From NCBI GenBank assembly GCA_051294375.1, contig CM119267.1:3925260-3989259 (forward strand): a DNA stretch of 64,000 nucleotides, read 5' to 3'. The notes beneath the pieces were generated by a model that had not been told where the DNA came from, did not search any database, and saw only the letters and a list, made by a program, of their open reading frames with translations. A program made the translations under genes and the position numbers. Source of the DNA: Paraspadella gotoi (Eukaryota > Animalia > Chaetognatha). Below are positions 1 through 11,900 of the stretch, piece by piece (position 1 is the first letter of the stretch; the number at the start of each line of letters is the position of its first letter).

Positions 1-143
1 GAGATCAAAAAGTAAAGACGGTTACTTTCGGGAAGGAAAAAAAGGTTTTGTTTACATTTTAAGGTTTTGTTTATATTTTACTGTTGCGGTTTACGTTTTA
101 GAAAAAAAGGAGGAAACTTACGTCGTCTTGAGAGAGAGAGAGA

Positions 144-180
<37 letters not shown>

Positions 181-844
181 GTAAAAACAAAAGTTGCGAT
201 TGTTCATTTTTTTGTAAAACTGAAAATCTCTTATTTATATTAATCATCATTCGAAAACTTCTTTTTTTTATACGTTCATAAAAAAAACCATTGTGTTAGA
301 CAAACAAAAAAACGCTGTAACAAACATTATATTACCCGTATTTGTACTTGCATTATAGTTCGTTTCGGAAATACAAAACAAAATGATTCCCTATTCATTT
401 GTTTCAATATTCTGAATAATCGTCAGGCAAAAAAAAATAAAAAAAACAAAAAACAAGAAGAAAAAGGGAACGTGTTTGGATACTACTAAATATCATTAGA
501 TATCCAGTTCTTTCTTCGTTACACTCAAATGTTACGGATTATTCAATATTCATACCTTTTTATATTCTTTATTGTAACTAAGGAAGTGGGGAAATATTTT
601 TTTTAGTCGTTCGGATAACCGCGTGTGGCGCTCTGATTTCTCCTCTCCACGCCCAAAGCAAAACAGAAAAAACAAAAACAAAACGCAAAAACATAAATAA
701 AAAAACAAAAAATAAAAAACACAAAACGAAAAACAATAATAAAAAAACAAGAGAGAAATTTTTGATTAGATTAATCATCGGATCGAATGAATAAAGATTC
801 GCTGACTGAACAGAAAATGAAGATTTTGTTGATATCAACGAATG

Positions 845-845
<1 letters not shown>

Positions 846-933
<88 letters not shown>
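846..933. repeat. (TAA)n microsatellite
   Basis: Near-perfect TAA run; explains the poly-Ile ORF 578..1018. A (GAC)n run follows at ~1042-1100 and (GA)n at 1199-1248. Confidence 0.95.
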
Positions 934-936
<3 letters not shown>

Positions 937-1064
937 TAAATTCTATAATGAAATAAAAGAATAAAATGAAGTTATAATGTAATAATACCTGATGATAATA
1001 TCCGAATGATAAAATCATAACAGAATTTTGTATCGATTGTAACGACGACGACGACGAGAACGAG

Positions 1065-1100
<36 letters not shown>

Positions 1101-1195
1101 CGATTAAAAGGTTAATGAAGGTCGATGGTTGAAGACGAAGGGAAAAAGTGATTAAAGAAAAAGAGGAAGGAGAAGTTAATGGAATCTTTGGTTTT

Positions 1196-1253
<58 letters not shown>

Positions 1254-1570
1254 GGTTGAGCTAAACGAAGTGAAACCGGGGTTCACAACAAAGTATTCAA
1301 CGACAACAACAACTAAAATTGTCCGACCGCGAATATCTCTCTCACCATCTCTTTCACACACACACAAAATGCCAACGATCCTACTTCGCTACCTACACGA
1401 AAAGTCGAGACCAGAATTCGATCAAAAATCCGCCCACGAATCGAACGATCAGCGAGGAACCTCTTCGGGCTCTCTTTTCCCAGAGTACCTCATTTCTGTT
1501 CTTTTATCCCGGGATTTAATTCTAATTTTAATATTTAGCCTAATCGTGATGAAATTTAAAATTTAACCCT

Positions 1571-1770
1571 GAAAAGAAAAAAAAAATTTTTAAACAACAA
1601 ATTTATTTAACATGAAAATAGACATGTTTCGACTTGTTTTCATTTTGCGCTGATGAAGGCTTACATTGAAGCCAAAACATATCTATTTTCATATTAAGTA
1701 AATTTGTTGTTTAAAAAAAATTTTCTCCTTTAATGCTACCAACACAACAAAACGAAAGAATCAAAACAAT
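1571..1770 (+). mobile_element. Short Penelope-like (pLTR-type) insertion with inverted arms and a degenerate hammerhead
   Basis: Flanked by the 11-bp direct repeat AATTTAACCCT (1560-1570, 1771-1781). Imperfect inverted arms at ~1576-1635 and ~1669-1728. Contains CTGATGA-a-GGCTT-acattg-AAGCC-AAAAC at 1650-1678. Confidence 0.65.
1645..1690 (+). ncRNA. Degenerate minimal hammerhead ribozyme motif (Penelope type)
   Basis: CUGAUGA core at 1650-1656 and stem II GGCTT/AAGCC are present. GAAAC reads AAAAC and GTC reads ATC here, but the inverted copy (GACATGTTTCG, 1621-1631) preserves the canonical CGAAACATGTC. Confidence 0.6.
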
Positions 1771-2195
1771 AATTTAACCCTTAATACTTACCCATAACCC
1801 ATAATCCCGAACCTTAACCTAATCTTAAACCTTAACCCTAAATTTTTATTTTTAATTTCTATCTTCATTATAGAAATATCTAGCAATTCAAAAGATGGGA
1901 TCAAATGGAATCAAATTGAATCGCGTGGAACCACTTGGAACCGGATCAAAGATTCGGGAAGAAATCACTAAAATGGAATCAAGCTTTCTGATTGGTCGAG
2001 ACTCAGATGGAACCGGCCAATAGGCAGATGGGCTTCCATCCTCCGGAAAATTTTACCCACGTTTTTGATCTATTTTCATCGGTTTTTGTACCATTTCAGT
2101 CTGTCCAAAAATTGACACCGTCTTCTGTCTATTTTCTGTAAATAAATTCCACTTTGGTTTCATACTGAAATCCTTGTCTACTTACTTAAATGTGA

Positions 2196-2234
2196 TGGCA
2201 GTGGTGGGATTCGAACCCACGCCTCCGAAGAGAC
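2196..2234 (-). pseudogene. 3' half of tRNA-Leu (fragment)
   Basis: Reverse complement GTCTCTTCGGAGGCGTGGGTTCGAATCCCACCACTGCCA matches the variable arm, T arm and acceptor 3' strand of eukaryotic tRNA-Leu; no D arm or 5' half is seen. Confidence 0.7.
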
Positions 2235-2280
2235 AGATCTTTAATTTTAAATCCCAGTCATTAACCCTAATCCCAAACCA

Positions 2281-2455
2281 TAATCATTAACCATATCCCT
2301 TACCTTAATCGTTAACCATATCCCTTACCTTAATCATTAACCATATCCTTTACCTTAATCATTAACCATATCCCTTACCTTAATCATTAACCATATCCCT
2401 TACCTTAATCATTAACCATATCCCTTACCTTAATCGTTAACCAAGTCCCTAACCT
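2281..2455. repeat. 25-bp minisatellite x7 (TAATCATTAACCATATCCCTTACCT)
   Basis: Units start at 2281, 2306, 2331, 2356, 2381, 2406 and 2431; lies inside a TAACCC-like element. Confidence 0.95.
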
Positions 2456-2799
2456 AATTTTTAATCCGAAACATTTAATCTAATCTTTTACTTAAATGAA
2501 ATCAACTTAATTCCGAATTTAAGATGGAAGGAGGCGTTTTATGAAAATAAGGCCCCTCTTTCGAAGGATATTTTATATAGGCCATTCTCGACTTCGTTTC
2601 ACATTTTTTGGGCTATTTTTAGAGTTTTTGGGCTGAAAAAAAAGTTCATACATCGCTGCATGCAGGGATTTTAAAAGTAAATATTTGAATGATTTGATAA
2701 GATTAATTTGGTGAATTTGATTTATTTGATTATCTTGATTAACTTGACTATATTTGAAGAAGATTCCTTGGCGGGTTTCTCAGTTTCAGATGAGAACAT

Positions 2800-3407
2800 T
2801 GTTTGAGCAGTGCTTAATCTCGACTTAATATCAAATCAATCCATATATCAAAAGATAAAAATAGAATAATAACTTTATTAAGTATTCAATATCCAATAAT
2901 CATTGAAAGACGTGCATCAGAATGACAGAGAGCCAATACGCAGCAACAATAGCAGTAGAACCGAGATGCAGCAACAGTAGCAGCAGAGCCGAAACGCAGC
3001 AACAGCAGCAGCAGAGCCGAGACGCAGCAACAGCTCAAAGCTACATAAAAGCTTAAAATTAATTACCATATTCAAATAATTTCACAAATATCATTTAATA
3101 CCTGATGGTCTCAGAGGAATCTCCCAAAAATTAAGAATTTACTCTCCTTTTATATACAAGGACACAATTATTACAACCAATGAGAGGAGAATTCACATTT
3201 TAAGAATAAGATCAAAACATCTACTAGTTATTATTAACCAATGAGAGACCAGATATTCAAATTCAAGGTATAAAATTCAACCAATTAGAGACATTAAACA
3301 GAACTATTGGAGTCATTCAATTAAACTTTAAATTCAGATATTTGAACCATTAAAAAATAAAAAGTCAGGGCTCAATTCAGATAAAAATCTTTATAAACTC
3401 TTTAACA
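2800..3407 (-). mobile_element. Possible solo LTR
   Basis: TGTT...AACA ends; flanks ACAT/ATAT (3/4 match); minus-strand AATAAA (~2874-2879) and TATA-like box (~3147-3156); three AACCAAT(G/T)AGAG CCAAT repeats at 3176-3290; internal 27-bp CAG-rich repeat at ~2930-3035. Confidence 0.35.
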
Positions 3408-3429
3408 ATATTCATTGTTTTGATTGGTT

Positions 3430-3472
<43 letters not shown>

Positions 3473-3992
3473 TCGGGGTGATGAATTATGTCAATGGAAA
3501 ACGTGTCTTTGCATATTTTAGCGACCTGATTCGCACCTGGGGAGAACCGAGGCCGTGGGGCCACCTGTGATCTAAGGATCTCATGAATTTCTTATCGTTT
3601 CACATTTTGACGGAGATGATACTTTTTTTTTCACTTTTCGAATTGTGAATATCGGAGAAGAGGAGAGTGTGAACTGTGAACGGAAGAGAGGAAAGGGCGT
3701 GAATGGAGAAGGAAAACCGAGTGTGAATTGTCAACTCATATTCAAGTGTCTTTTCTCGTCACAGTCGCCGCTTGCACCGATTCCGACGCGTACGACGCTG
3801 CCGCCGCTGCCGCTGCCGCCTGGCGGTAGCTAACCTTCCCCGTCATTAAGATCTTTTTGGGTTCACAAGTTTGCATAGACTTTTCAGGATTTTTAACTTT
3901 TTAACTTTCGATATGACCACAAAATCGAAAAAAAGGAAGTGGGCATTCGTTAGCATACTTCAAGGTGAACTGATGCCCTTCAATTAAAAACA

Positions 3993-4446
3993 GGATTGTC
4001 GGCCTTGGAAAAGGTTGTCGGCATGAGATAGGTAGTCGGCATTGGAGAATGGAGAAGTTGTCGGCATGAGAAAGGTTGTCGGCATTGGAGAATGAAAAGG
4101 TTGAAGGCATTGGAGAATTGAGATGTTGTTGGTATGAGAGAGGTAGTCGGCATCGGAGAACTGAGATGTTGTCGTATGAGAGAGGTTGTTGGCATTGGAG
4201 AATGGAGAAGTTGTCAGCATGAGAAAAGTTGTCGGCATTGGAGAATGAAAAGGTTGTCGACATTGGAGAATTGAGATGTTGTCGGCATGAGAGAGGTTGT
4301 CGGCATTGGAGAATTGAGATGTTGTCGGTATGAGAGAGATTGTCGGCATTGGAGAATGAAAAGGTTGTTGACATTGGAGAATTGAGATGTTGTCGGTATG
4401 AGAGAGGTTGTCGGCATTGGAGAGTGAGTCGGCATTTGAAAGGTCG
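3993..4446. repeat. Compound minisatellite built on GTTGTCGGCAT core (18-25 bp units)
   Basis: About 20 copies of (G/T)TTGTCGGCAT alternating with GAGAGAG, TGGAGAATGAAAAG and TGGAGAATTGAGAT linkers; generates the repetitive minus-strand ORFs at 3901-4613. Confidence 0.9.
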
Positions 4447-4531
4447 GTGACGATGAGTTTCCCGGTTGAACTGGAATCAGAAAGCGGTTCCACCCCAAAT
4501 TCCGTTGACACCAAACAAACAAAAAGATGAC

Positions 4532-5235
4532 CTTTCTTCTCTTTTTTCTTTTTTATAATTTCTTCTTTCAACCTTTCTTCTCTGTTTTCTATTTTCTCTT
4601 TTCTTCTTTTCACCTTTTTTCTTTTTTTTTCTTTTATCTCTTTTCTTCTTTCAACCTTTCTTCTCTTTTTTATATTTTCTCTTTTCTTCTTTTCACCTTT
4701 TTTTTTCCTATTATCTCTTTTCTTCTTTCAATCTTTCTTCTCTGTTTTCTTTTATCTCTTTTCTTCTTTCAACCTTTCTTCTCTTTTTTCAATTTTCTCT
4801 TTTCTTCTTTTCACCTATTTTTCTTTTTTTTCTTTTATCTCTTTTCTTTTTTCAACCTTTCTTCTATTTTTTCTATTTTCTCTTTTCTTCTTTTCACCTT
4901 TTTTCTTTTTTTTCTTTTATCTCTTTTCTTCTTTCAACCTTTCTTCTCTTTTTTCTATTTTCTCTTTTCTTCTTTTCACCTTTTTTCTTTTTTTTCTTTT
5001 ATCTTTTTTCTTCTTTCAACCTTTCTTCTCTTTTTTATATTTTCTCTTTTCTTCTTTTCACCTTTTTTCTTTTTTTTCAATTATTTCTTTTCTTCTTTCA
5101 ACCTTTCTTCTCTTTTTTATATTTTCTCTTTTCTTCCTTTCACCTTTTTTTTTCTATTATCTCTTTTCTTCTTTCAACCTTTCTTCTCTTTTTATAGTTT
5201 CTCTTTTCTTCTTTCAACCTTTCTATTTTCTATTT
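4532..5235. repeat. Pyrimidine-rich degenerate tandem repeat (~40/80 bp period, TTTTCTTCTTTCAACCTTTCTTCTC)
   Basis: Recurring TTCAACCTTTCTTCTC and TTTTCACCTTTT motifs; the F/S/L-rich 249-aa ORF is a by-product. Confidence 0.85.
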
Positions 5236-5733
5236 TTATGTTTTTATTGTTATTCATGCTCACATATTTCTCATGAAAGCCGAAAAATAGTAGTAAAGTG
5301 ATTTTTGTTTTTAAACTCATTTCCATTCTGCTAACAGCTCGCTATTAAGGTATTATTGTTCAATCTCTTTTTCATATGAAATTGGTACATCCAATATATT
5401 TGATTCGTCCTAAGCATTTTTAGGCGCTGCAATAACACCTGCACATACTCATGTGATAGATGAAGATTAAAAACAAATTTTGCTAAGAGTAAATGCATTT
5501 TGCAAAATGAAAAAATATTAAAAGTCAGATTCTCACTTTTGTCCATGGCATCGCAGCAAATGGACCGATAGATGGAATCTCATGATAGTATTTCTTTCTT
5601 TCTCATCTTTTCTTCTTTTTTTAAAACTTAATTTTTTTTAACCTTGTAATGATTTCCTTTCGTTTTGTTATGTTTAGGAATTTTAGAAATAACAGTTTTT
5701 GTGATTCAATAACTAATTTATTGACAATTTATA

Positions 5734-5777
5734 GTCGGACATGTTTCGACTCTTATTTTAGAGTCTTCTTCAGCGTT
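5734..5777 (-). ncRNA. Minimal hammerhead ribozyme motif (Penelope type), core intact
   Basis: Minus strand reads aacg-CTGAAGA-a-GACTCT-aaaata-AGAGTC-GAAAC-ATGTC-cgac: CUGANGA and GAAA boxes, a 6-bp stem II, palindromic ACATGT stem III and a GUC cleavage triplet. Confidence 0.75.
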
Positions 5778-5825
5778 TTTTATTTCAACAAGATTTTTAA
5801 TTAAAACATTTATTAGTAATCATAA

Positions 5826-6372
5826 ATAATAAAGATTCAAGTAAATGCGACTTATGTTTTTTCCATTTAAAATCATTTCCACTGGCACAATTCCATCAAA
5901 AACTTTAAATCTCGCTTCTTCACACACTTTCCTACCCTCACACAAAATTTTATCTCAATCTATTAATTCAATTATGATTAATTCGAGTAATTATGGGTTA
6001 AAATAAGTAAAAAGATTCAAGTAAATGTGACTCATATTTTTTTCATTTAAACTCATTTCCACTCGCACGTTTCCACCGAGACTTTATATCAAGCTTCGTC
6101 ACACACTTTCCTACCCACACACAAAAATTCATTCCAATCCAACCACCTATTTACGAGTAATTAGTTTTTTGCTAAGGGGGGACGGACGGACGGACGGATG
6201 GACGGACGGACGGACGGATGGACGGACGGACGGACGGACAGACGGACATCTTTTTTTTGCATAATTTATCATAATTTGATGTTTTGACATGATCTAAGTG
6301 AATGCCCGACAAGATTGGGGGGGTGGACCGACGGACCGACAAAGTGAATTATAAAGTCGGTATCGTCTTAAA
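5826..6372. mobile_element. HINE/DINE-1-like non-autonomous element with (GACG)n microsatellite and 180-bp tandem duplication
   Basis: 5831-5950 is repeated at 6011-6130; (GGAC)n at 6180-6247; 6170-6345 recurs inverted at ~26680-26825. Confidence 0.55.
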
Positions 6373-6749
6373 AGCTTGGTCAACCAGATTCTAAAACTGT
6401 AATCGGGTTTTATTGTATAGTACGTCCATCTGCTCTTAAATAGTAATGACCCAAAGTCGGTCCCAAAAGAGCTGCCGGATGCTGTACATTGCACAATCAA
6501 TTTTCTCCTCCTCCTCATCCCTCCCCCCCAGTTTTTCGCATACGTACAAGCATATGTGTACGTGTAACTAAACGTACACGTATCATCAATCAGTTAATGC
6601 TTCTTCCGATTGTCGTTCAATGCTTCTTCTTCTATTTTATCTAAAGTTTTAAAAAAATACCGGCATATATTGTAAAATCTTTTTTTTTTTCATTTTATGC
6701 CGAATAGCAATACGAACGAAAATAAAACGAAGGTAAAGATGTATGATAC

Positions 6750-6962
6750 TGTGGACGAACAACTACAACACGCAACCTCGGTCAAACCAGTGACCTTACC
6801 TTCAACCTTACCCTCGATCGTTTACTCTTTCTCGTTGTGGTCAAACTTTGACCTTGTAAATACCATTGTTATAGACTTAGCATCTGAGTCTTTTATTGTT
6901 ATCGTTATTAACCTTGTTGAAGAATAAATTCATTTCTTACTCTGAAACTCGTTGCGTCCACA
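6750..6962 (+). repeat. 5' LTR
   Basis: Direct repeat of 12360-12564; 8-bp terminal inverted repeat TGTGGACG/CGTCCACA; AATAAA at ~6923. Confidence 0.95.
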
Positions 6963-7150
6963 CGTGGTGAGCCCCGTGAACAAAAATAAAACACAGTAAA
7001 ACGACAAAACAACAAAATAAAAAAAACAAAAACAAAAATAGTTTTCAAAATAACTTTTTCTCTTCCATGTCACGACGTCCAAGCGTCTTACGTCCCNNNN
7101 NNNNNNNNNNNNNNNNNNNNNCAACGCCCGCCGACGAAGAAGAAGAGACA

Positions 7151-8968
7151 ATGCCAGTTACAACTCGCAACGCCTCCCACTCCGACGGCGCCGGCCACGA
7201 CGAGGCGTTCCACGACGCCACCGCCTCTTCCTCTTCCCCAAGTCTTGAAAGCAAAATTGAAAAACTTTTTGAAATGATTTTGACATCAACTCAAGACTCG
7301 CCGCGACCACAGAAAGACAAAACCCTCCTTCAGCGGACGCAAGCACCGCTTCAACGGATTTACCTTCCCAATGGAAGACAATGGCGCCGGCGACACCGCC
7401 CCCGCAGGCGACGCCACCGTTCCTCGCCCCTCCGCCAACGCCTCCGTAAGAAGACGAAATCCAAAGCTGACGACTTTTGACCCCGACCACATTGAAGAGT
7501 GGTTGGACCACACCGCCGTGGAATTCAGCGCCACCGGCGTCACCGATCCGGCGGAGAAGAAGGCGCAAATCCTCAGCGCCATCCCCATCTCCCGCCACCG
7601 GCTGATTCCACACGCCTTACGCATCGACGAAGGTCCTGACGCTCACAAAAACCTCGTCGCCCACTTAAAAAACATCTATGGTGAAGACGCCAACCGGCGC
7701 GCAGCAAAGGCGTTGAAAATGACGTCATTAAAAGGCGTCACCCTCCCAACACCTCTCTGCAATTGACGCGGTCCTCGAAGGCCTCACCATCGACCACATC
7801 AAGGCCGCCATCTTGGCCGCCGCCCTCCCTCAGAGCGTCAAGGAACACGCCGTCAGGAAGGACAAGAAGCCCGTCGACATCGCCAAAGACGCCGACGAGT
7901 TCTTCCTCCCTTCCGGACAACTTTTTTGAAATGATTTTTGACATCAACTCAAGACTCGCCGCGACCACAGAAAGACAAAACCCTCCTTCAGCGGACGCAA
8001 GCACCGCTTCAACGGATTTACCTTCCCCAATGGAAGACAATGGCGCCGGCGACACCGCCCCCGCAGGCGACGCCACCGTTCCTCGCCCCTCCGCCAACGC
8101 CTCCGTAAGAAGACGAAATCCAAAGCTGACGACTTTTGACCCCGACCACATTGAAGAGTGGTTGGACCACACCGCCGTGGAATTCGGCGCCACCGGCGTC
8201 ACCGATCCGGCGGAGAAGAAGGCGCAAATCCTCAGCGCCATCCCCATCTCCCGCCACCGGCTGATTCCGCACGCCTTACGCATCGACGAAGGTCCTGACG
8301 CTCACAAAAACCTCGTCGCCCACTTAAAAAACGTCTATGGTGAAGACGCCAACCGGCGCGCAGCAAAGGCGTTGAAAATGACGTCATTAAAAGGCGTCAC
8401 CCCTTCCCAACACCTCTCTGCAATTGACGCGGTCCTCGAAGGCCTCACCATCGACCACATCAAGGCCGCCATCTTGGCCGCCGCCCTCCCTCAGAGCGTC
8501 AAGGAACACGCCGTCAGGAAGGACAAGAAGCCCGTCGACATCGCCAAAGACGCCGACGAGTTCTTCCTCCCTTCCGGACAACTTCGTAGCTCCGATCGCG
8601 CCTCAACATCGGTGAACGCTGTCACCTCCATTGAGGTCACAGTGGACGAGCCACTGGAGACTCCAAATGAATCATCAATTGACGCCGATGATGCCGCCAT
8701 CTCTTACGCGAACGCAGTCCGCCGACCGCCGCCGCGCTCAATGCAGCGCCCCTTTTCGCAGCAGCGTCCGCAGCAGCAGCGTCCGCAGCAACAACGCCGC
8801 CCAATCCTGACGCCTCGCTCTGCACCACTACGCGAACCTCCTCCCGGTGAACCTAAGTGTTTTTATCACTACCACTTTGGCACCAACGCCCATAAATGCC
8901 ATGGCACGAACTGTGACGGCCGCCCTTGCCCGATGGCGCTGTCAAACGCCAACGCCGGCGGCCGCTAG
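7151..8968 (+). CDS. gag: Gag (frameshifted in first copy; ~660-bp internal tandem duplication)
   Basis: MPVTTRNA start at 7151; 'KLTTFDPDHIEEWL' gag N-terminal motif; C-x2-H-x9-C-x4-C finger (CFYHYHFGTNAHKCHGTNC); TAG at 8966-8968. Confidence 0.85.
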
Positions 8969-11900
8969 TCGCCCGCGTGGCCGGCACAAACGACTCTAAA
9001 CTCTTTCTCGTGCGCGACCCTGACGCCGGCCTGGAGTGGCTCGTCGACGGCAGCTCAGAGGCAACGCTCATTCCGCCTCTGCCGCGATCGCGCCGCTGCT
9101 GAAGCGAATCCTACCGCCGTCGAGGCGGCGCTCCCGCTGCCAACGCCCCGGCCACTCCGCGCCGCCAACGACACACCCATCAAAACGTTTGGCATCCGAG
9201 AGATGGGAATTCGGCTCGGACAACGCGTTTTCCCCTACCTCGTCATCATCGCCGACGTCGCCACGCCCATTCTCGGCGCCGACTTTTTGATGGAGCATCA
9301 TCTCGGCGTCGATCATCAACGCCGTATTCTTCTCGATCTTGATGACTATATGGTCATCGCCGGCCACGCTCGCGACGCGGCGTCCGCCGCGGCGCCGCCC
9401 CGAGTTTTACACGTCCGCGACGCCTACTCTGCACTTCTCGACGAGCGACCGGAACTTACAAAACTCGTCTTCAACTCGGCGCCGCCAAAGCACGGCGTCG
9501 AGCATCACATCCCGACAAAAGGTCCGCCAGTCTTCGCCCGCGCCCGTCGCCTCGCTCCTGATCAACTCGCTGCCGCCAAGGCCGAATTCAAAAAGATGGA
9601 AGAACTCGGGATCATCCGACGATCCACATCCGCTTACGCGTCGCCTCTCCACGTCGTACGAAAACCCGACGGCTCCCTTCGTCCTTGTGGTGACTACCGA
9701 CGCCTCAACGGCGTCACTGTCGACGACCGCTACCCGATCCGCCACCTCATGGACTTCAACGCTGACGTCGCCGGGAAGACGGTCTTCTCGAAAATTGATT
9801 TATGCAAAGGATATCATCAAATCCCCGTTGCAAAAGAAGATCGTCACAAAACGGCGATTATCACGCCATTCGGCCTCTATGAATTTCTTTTCATGCCATT
9901 TGGCCTGAAAAACGCCGGCCAAGACTTTCAGCGCATGATGGACCAGGTGCTGAGTGGTATCCCCCATGTCTTTGTTTACTTGGACGACCTCCTTGTCGCC
10001 TCTCATTCACACGAGGAACATCAGGAGGACCTCAAGCGTGTCTTCAACGCCCTCGCCGACAACGGCCTAATTGTGAACCGCGCCAAGTGCGTTTTCGGCG
10101 CCTCAAGCCTAGAATTCCTTGGCTACAATGTCGACAAAGATGGAGTCCGCCCACTCCCGACAAAAGTGGAGGCACTGCGTGCAATGGCCACGCCCACCAC
10201 CGTGAAAGAACTCCAACGTTTTCTAGGAGTCTTTAACTATTATCGCCGTTTCGTCCCCCACGCCGCCCATCATCTCGACCCTCTTCTCGAAGTCCTCCGC
10301 GGAAAACCGCGCGCGCTAAAATGGGAGGCGCCACAAGACGCCGCATTCTTGGCAATCAAAGACGCCCTCGCCGACTCCACGATGCTGGTCCATCCGATCG
10401 ACGGCGCTCCTCTCGCCCTGACCGTCGACGCCTCCGATGTCGCCGTCGGCGCCGTCCTCGAACAGCTCGTCAATGGCCAATGGCAACCCCTTGGATTCCA
10501 TTCCAAACCGCTGAAACCAAACCAGCGCAAATGGCCACCCTTCGACAAGGAGCTCCTCGCCGCCCACGCCTCGATCCGCCATTTACCCCCATATGTTGAA
10601 GGGCGCCGCTTCACGCTTTTCAGCGATCACATATCACTTGTCCCGGCGCTGCGGAAGAAGGCCGAGCCACACACCATAGACAGACCTACCAGTTGGCAGG
10701 CATCGCCGAATATACCGGCGACATCCGCCACATCGCCGGAAAGGCGAACGTCGTCGCCGACGCTCTTTCTCGCCCGCCAACAAAAGCTCCGCCTCCTCCG
10801 CCAGTGCCGACCGCGCCGCCTATCCACATGGATCAACCCGAGCCATTCTCAAACACGCAAAAAGCACGGGATGACATCGCCGCCACCGTCAACGCCGTCG
10901 GCGCCCTCCAAGTCAACTTTGAGGCAATGGCCGCAGATCAAGCTCCCGACGACGACGTCCAGCGTCTCCTCAACGACCCTCATACGGCGCTTCGCCTCAA
11001 AAAGGTCCCGATCAGCAATACGACGCTCATCTGCGATATCTCTGGCTCCCGGGCACGCCCACTCGTCCCCGCCTCTTGGCGCCGACGCATTTTTGACGCC
11101 ACCCATGGCATCGCTCACCCGGGAGTTCGCGCCTCCAAAAAACTTGTGACCACCCGTTTTGTGTGGCCTTCCGTCTCCTCCGACGTTGCGCGGTGGGCGG
11201 CGTCTTGCGACACCTGCCAGCGCTCTAAGACGCAGCGCCACGTCCGCGCGCCGCTCCAACGTTTTGAACCACCGTCTAAACGTTTTGCTCACGTCCATAT
11301 TGACCTCGTTGGGCCGCTGCCAGCCGTTTCCGGCCACACCCATCTTTTAACGATGATCGACCGCTTTACGCGCTGGCCAGAAGCGGCGCCGCTCCGTGAC
11401 ACTTCCGCCGCCTCCATCGCCGCTGCCTTCCTGCAGAACTGGGTCTCCCGGTTTGGCGTCCCTTCCGTCGTCACCACCGATCGCGGCGCCCAATTTACGT
11501 CTGAACTATGGCGCCAAGTGGCGGCGGTAGTCGGCTTCGATCCTTCCACGACGACCGCCTACCACCCCCAATCTAACGGGATGGTAGAACGCCTCCATCG
11601 AACGTTGAAGGCGGCCCTTCGCGCCCGCTGCGACGCCGCTGGAGAAAACTGGTTGGCGCAACTCCCTTGGACGCTCTTAAGCCTCCGCGCCACCCCGCGC
11701 GAAGATTCCGACGCCTCCCCCGCTGAACTAACGCTGGGCGAGACGCTGACGCTCCCCAGCGAACTACTTCCGGTCCCAGCAACTGACGTTGACGCCACCG
11801 CTCGCGCAAGAATTCTGGAGGATCTTCGGGCTGATGTTGCCCTCATGCAGCCTCTCCCCGCCGCTTGGCACGCGGCGCCGCCTTCTCATTTGCCGGAAAC

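Noticed and set aside
385-430. Minus-strand CTGACGA...GAAAC resembling a hammerhead
   Set aside because: Stem II is poorly formed and there is no stem III or NUH site; likely chance in AT-rich DNA.
3993-4446. CRISPR-like repeat-spacer appearance
   Set aside because: Linkers are short and themselves repeated rather than unique; eukaryotic context; no cas genes.
3901-5276. Long ORFs (157-249 aa) suggesting repeat or membrane proteins
   Set aside because: Entirely explained by minisatellite and pyrimidine-rich low-complexity DNA.
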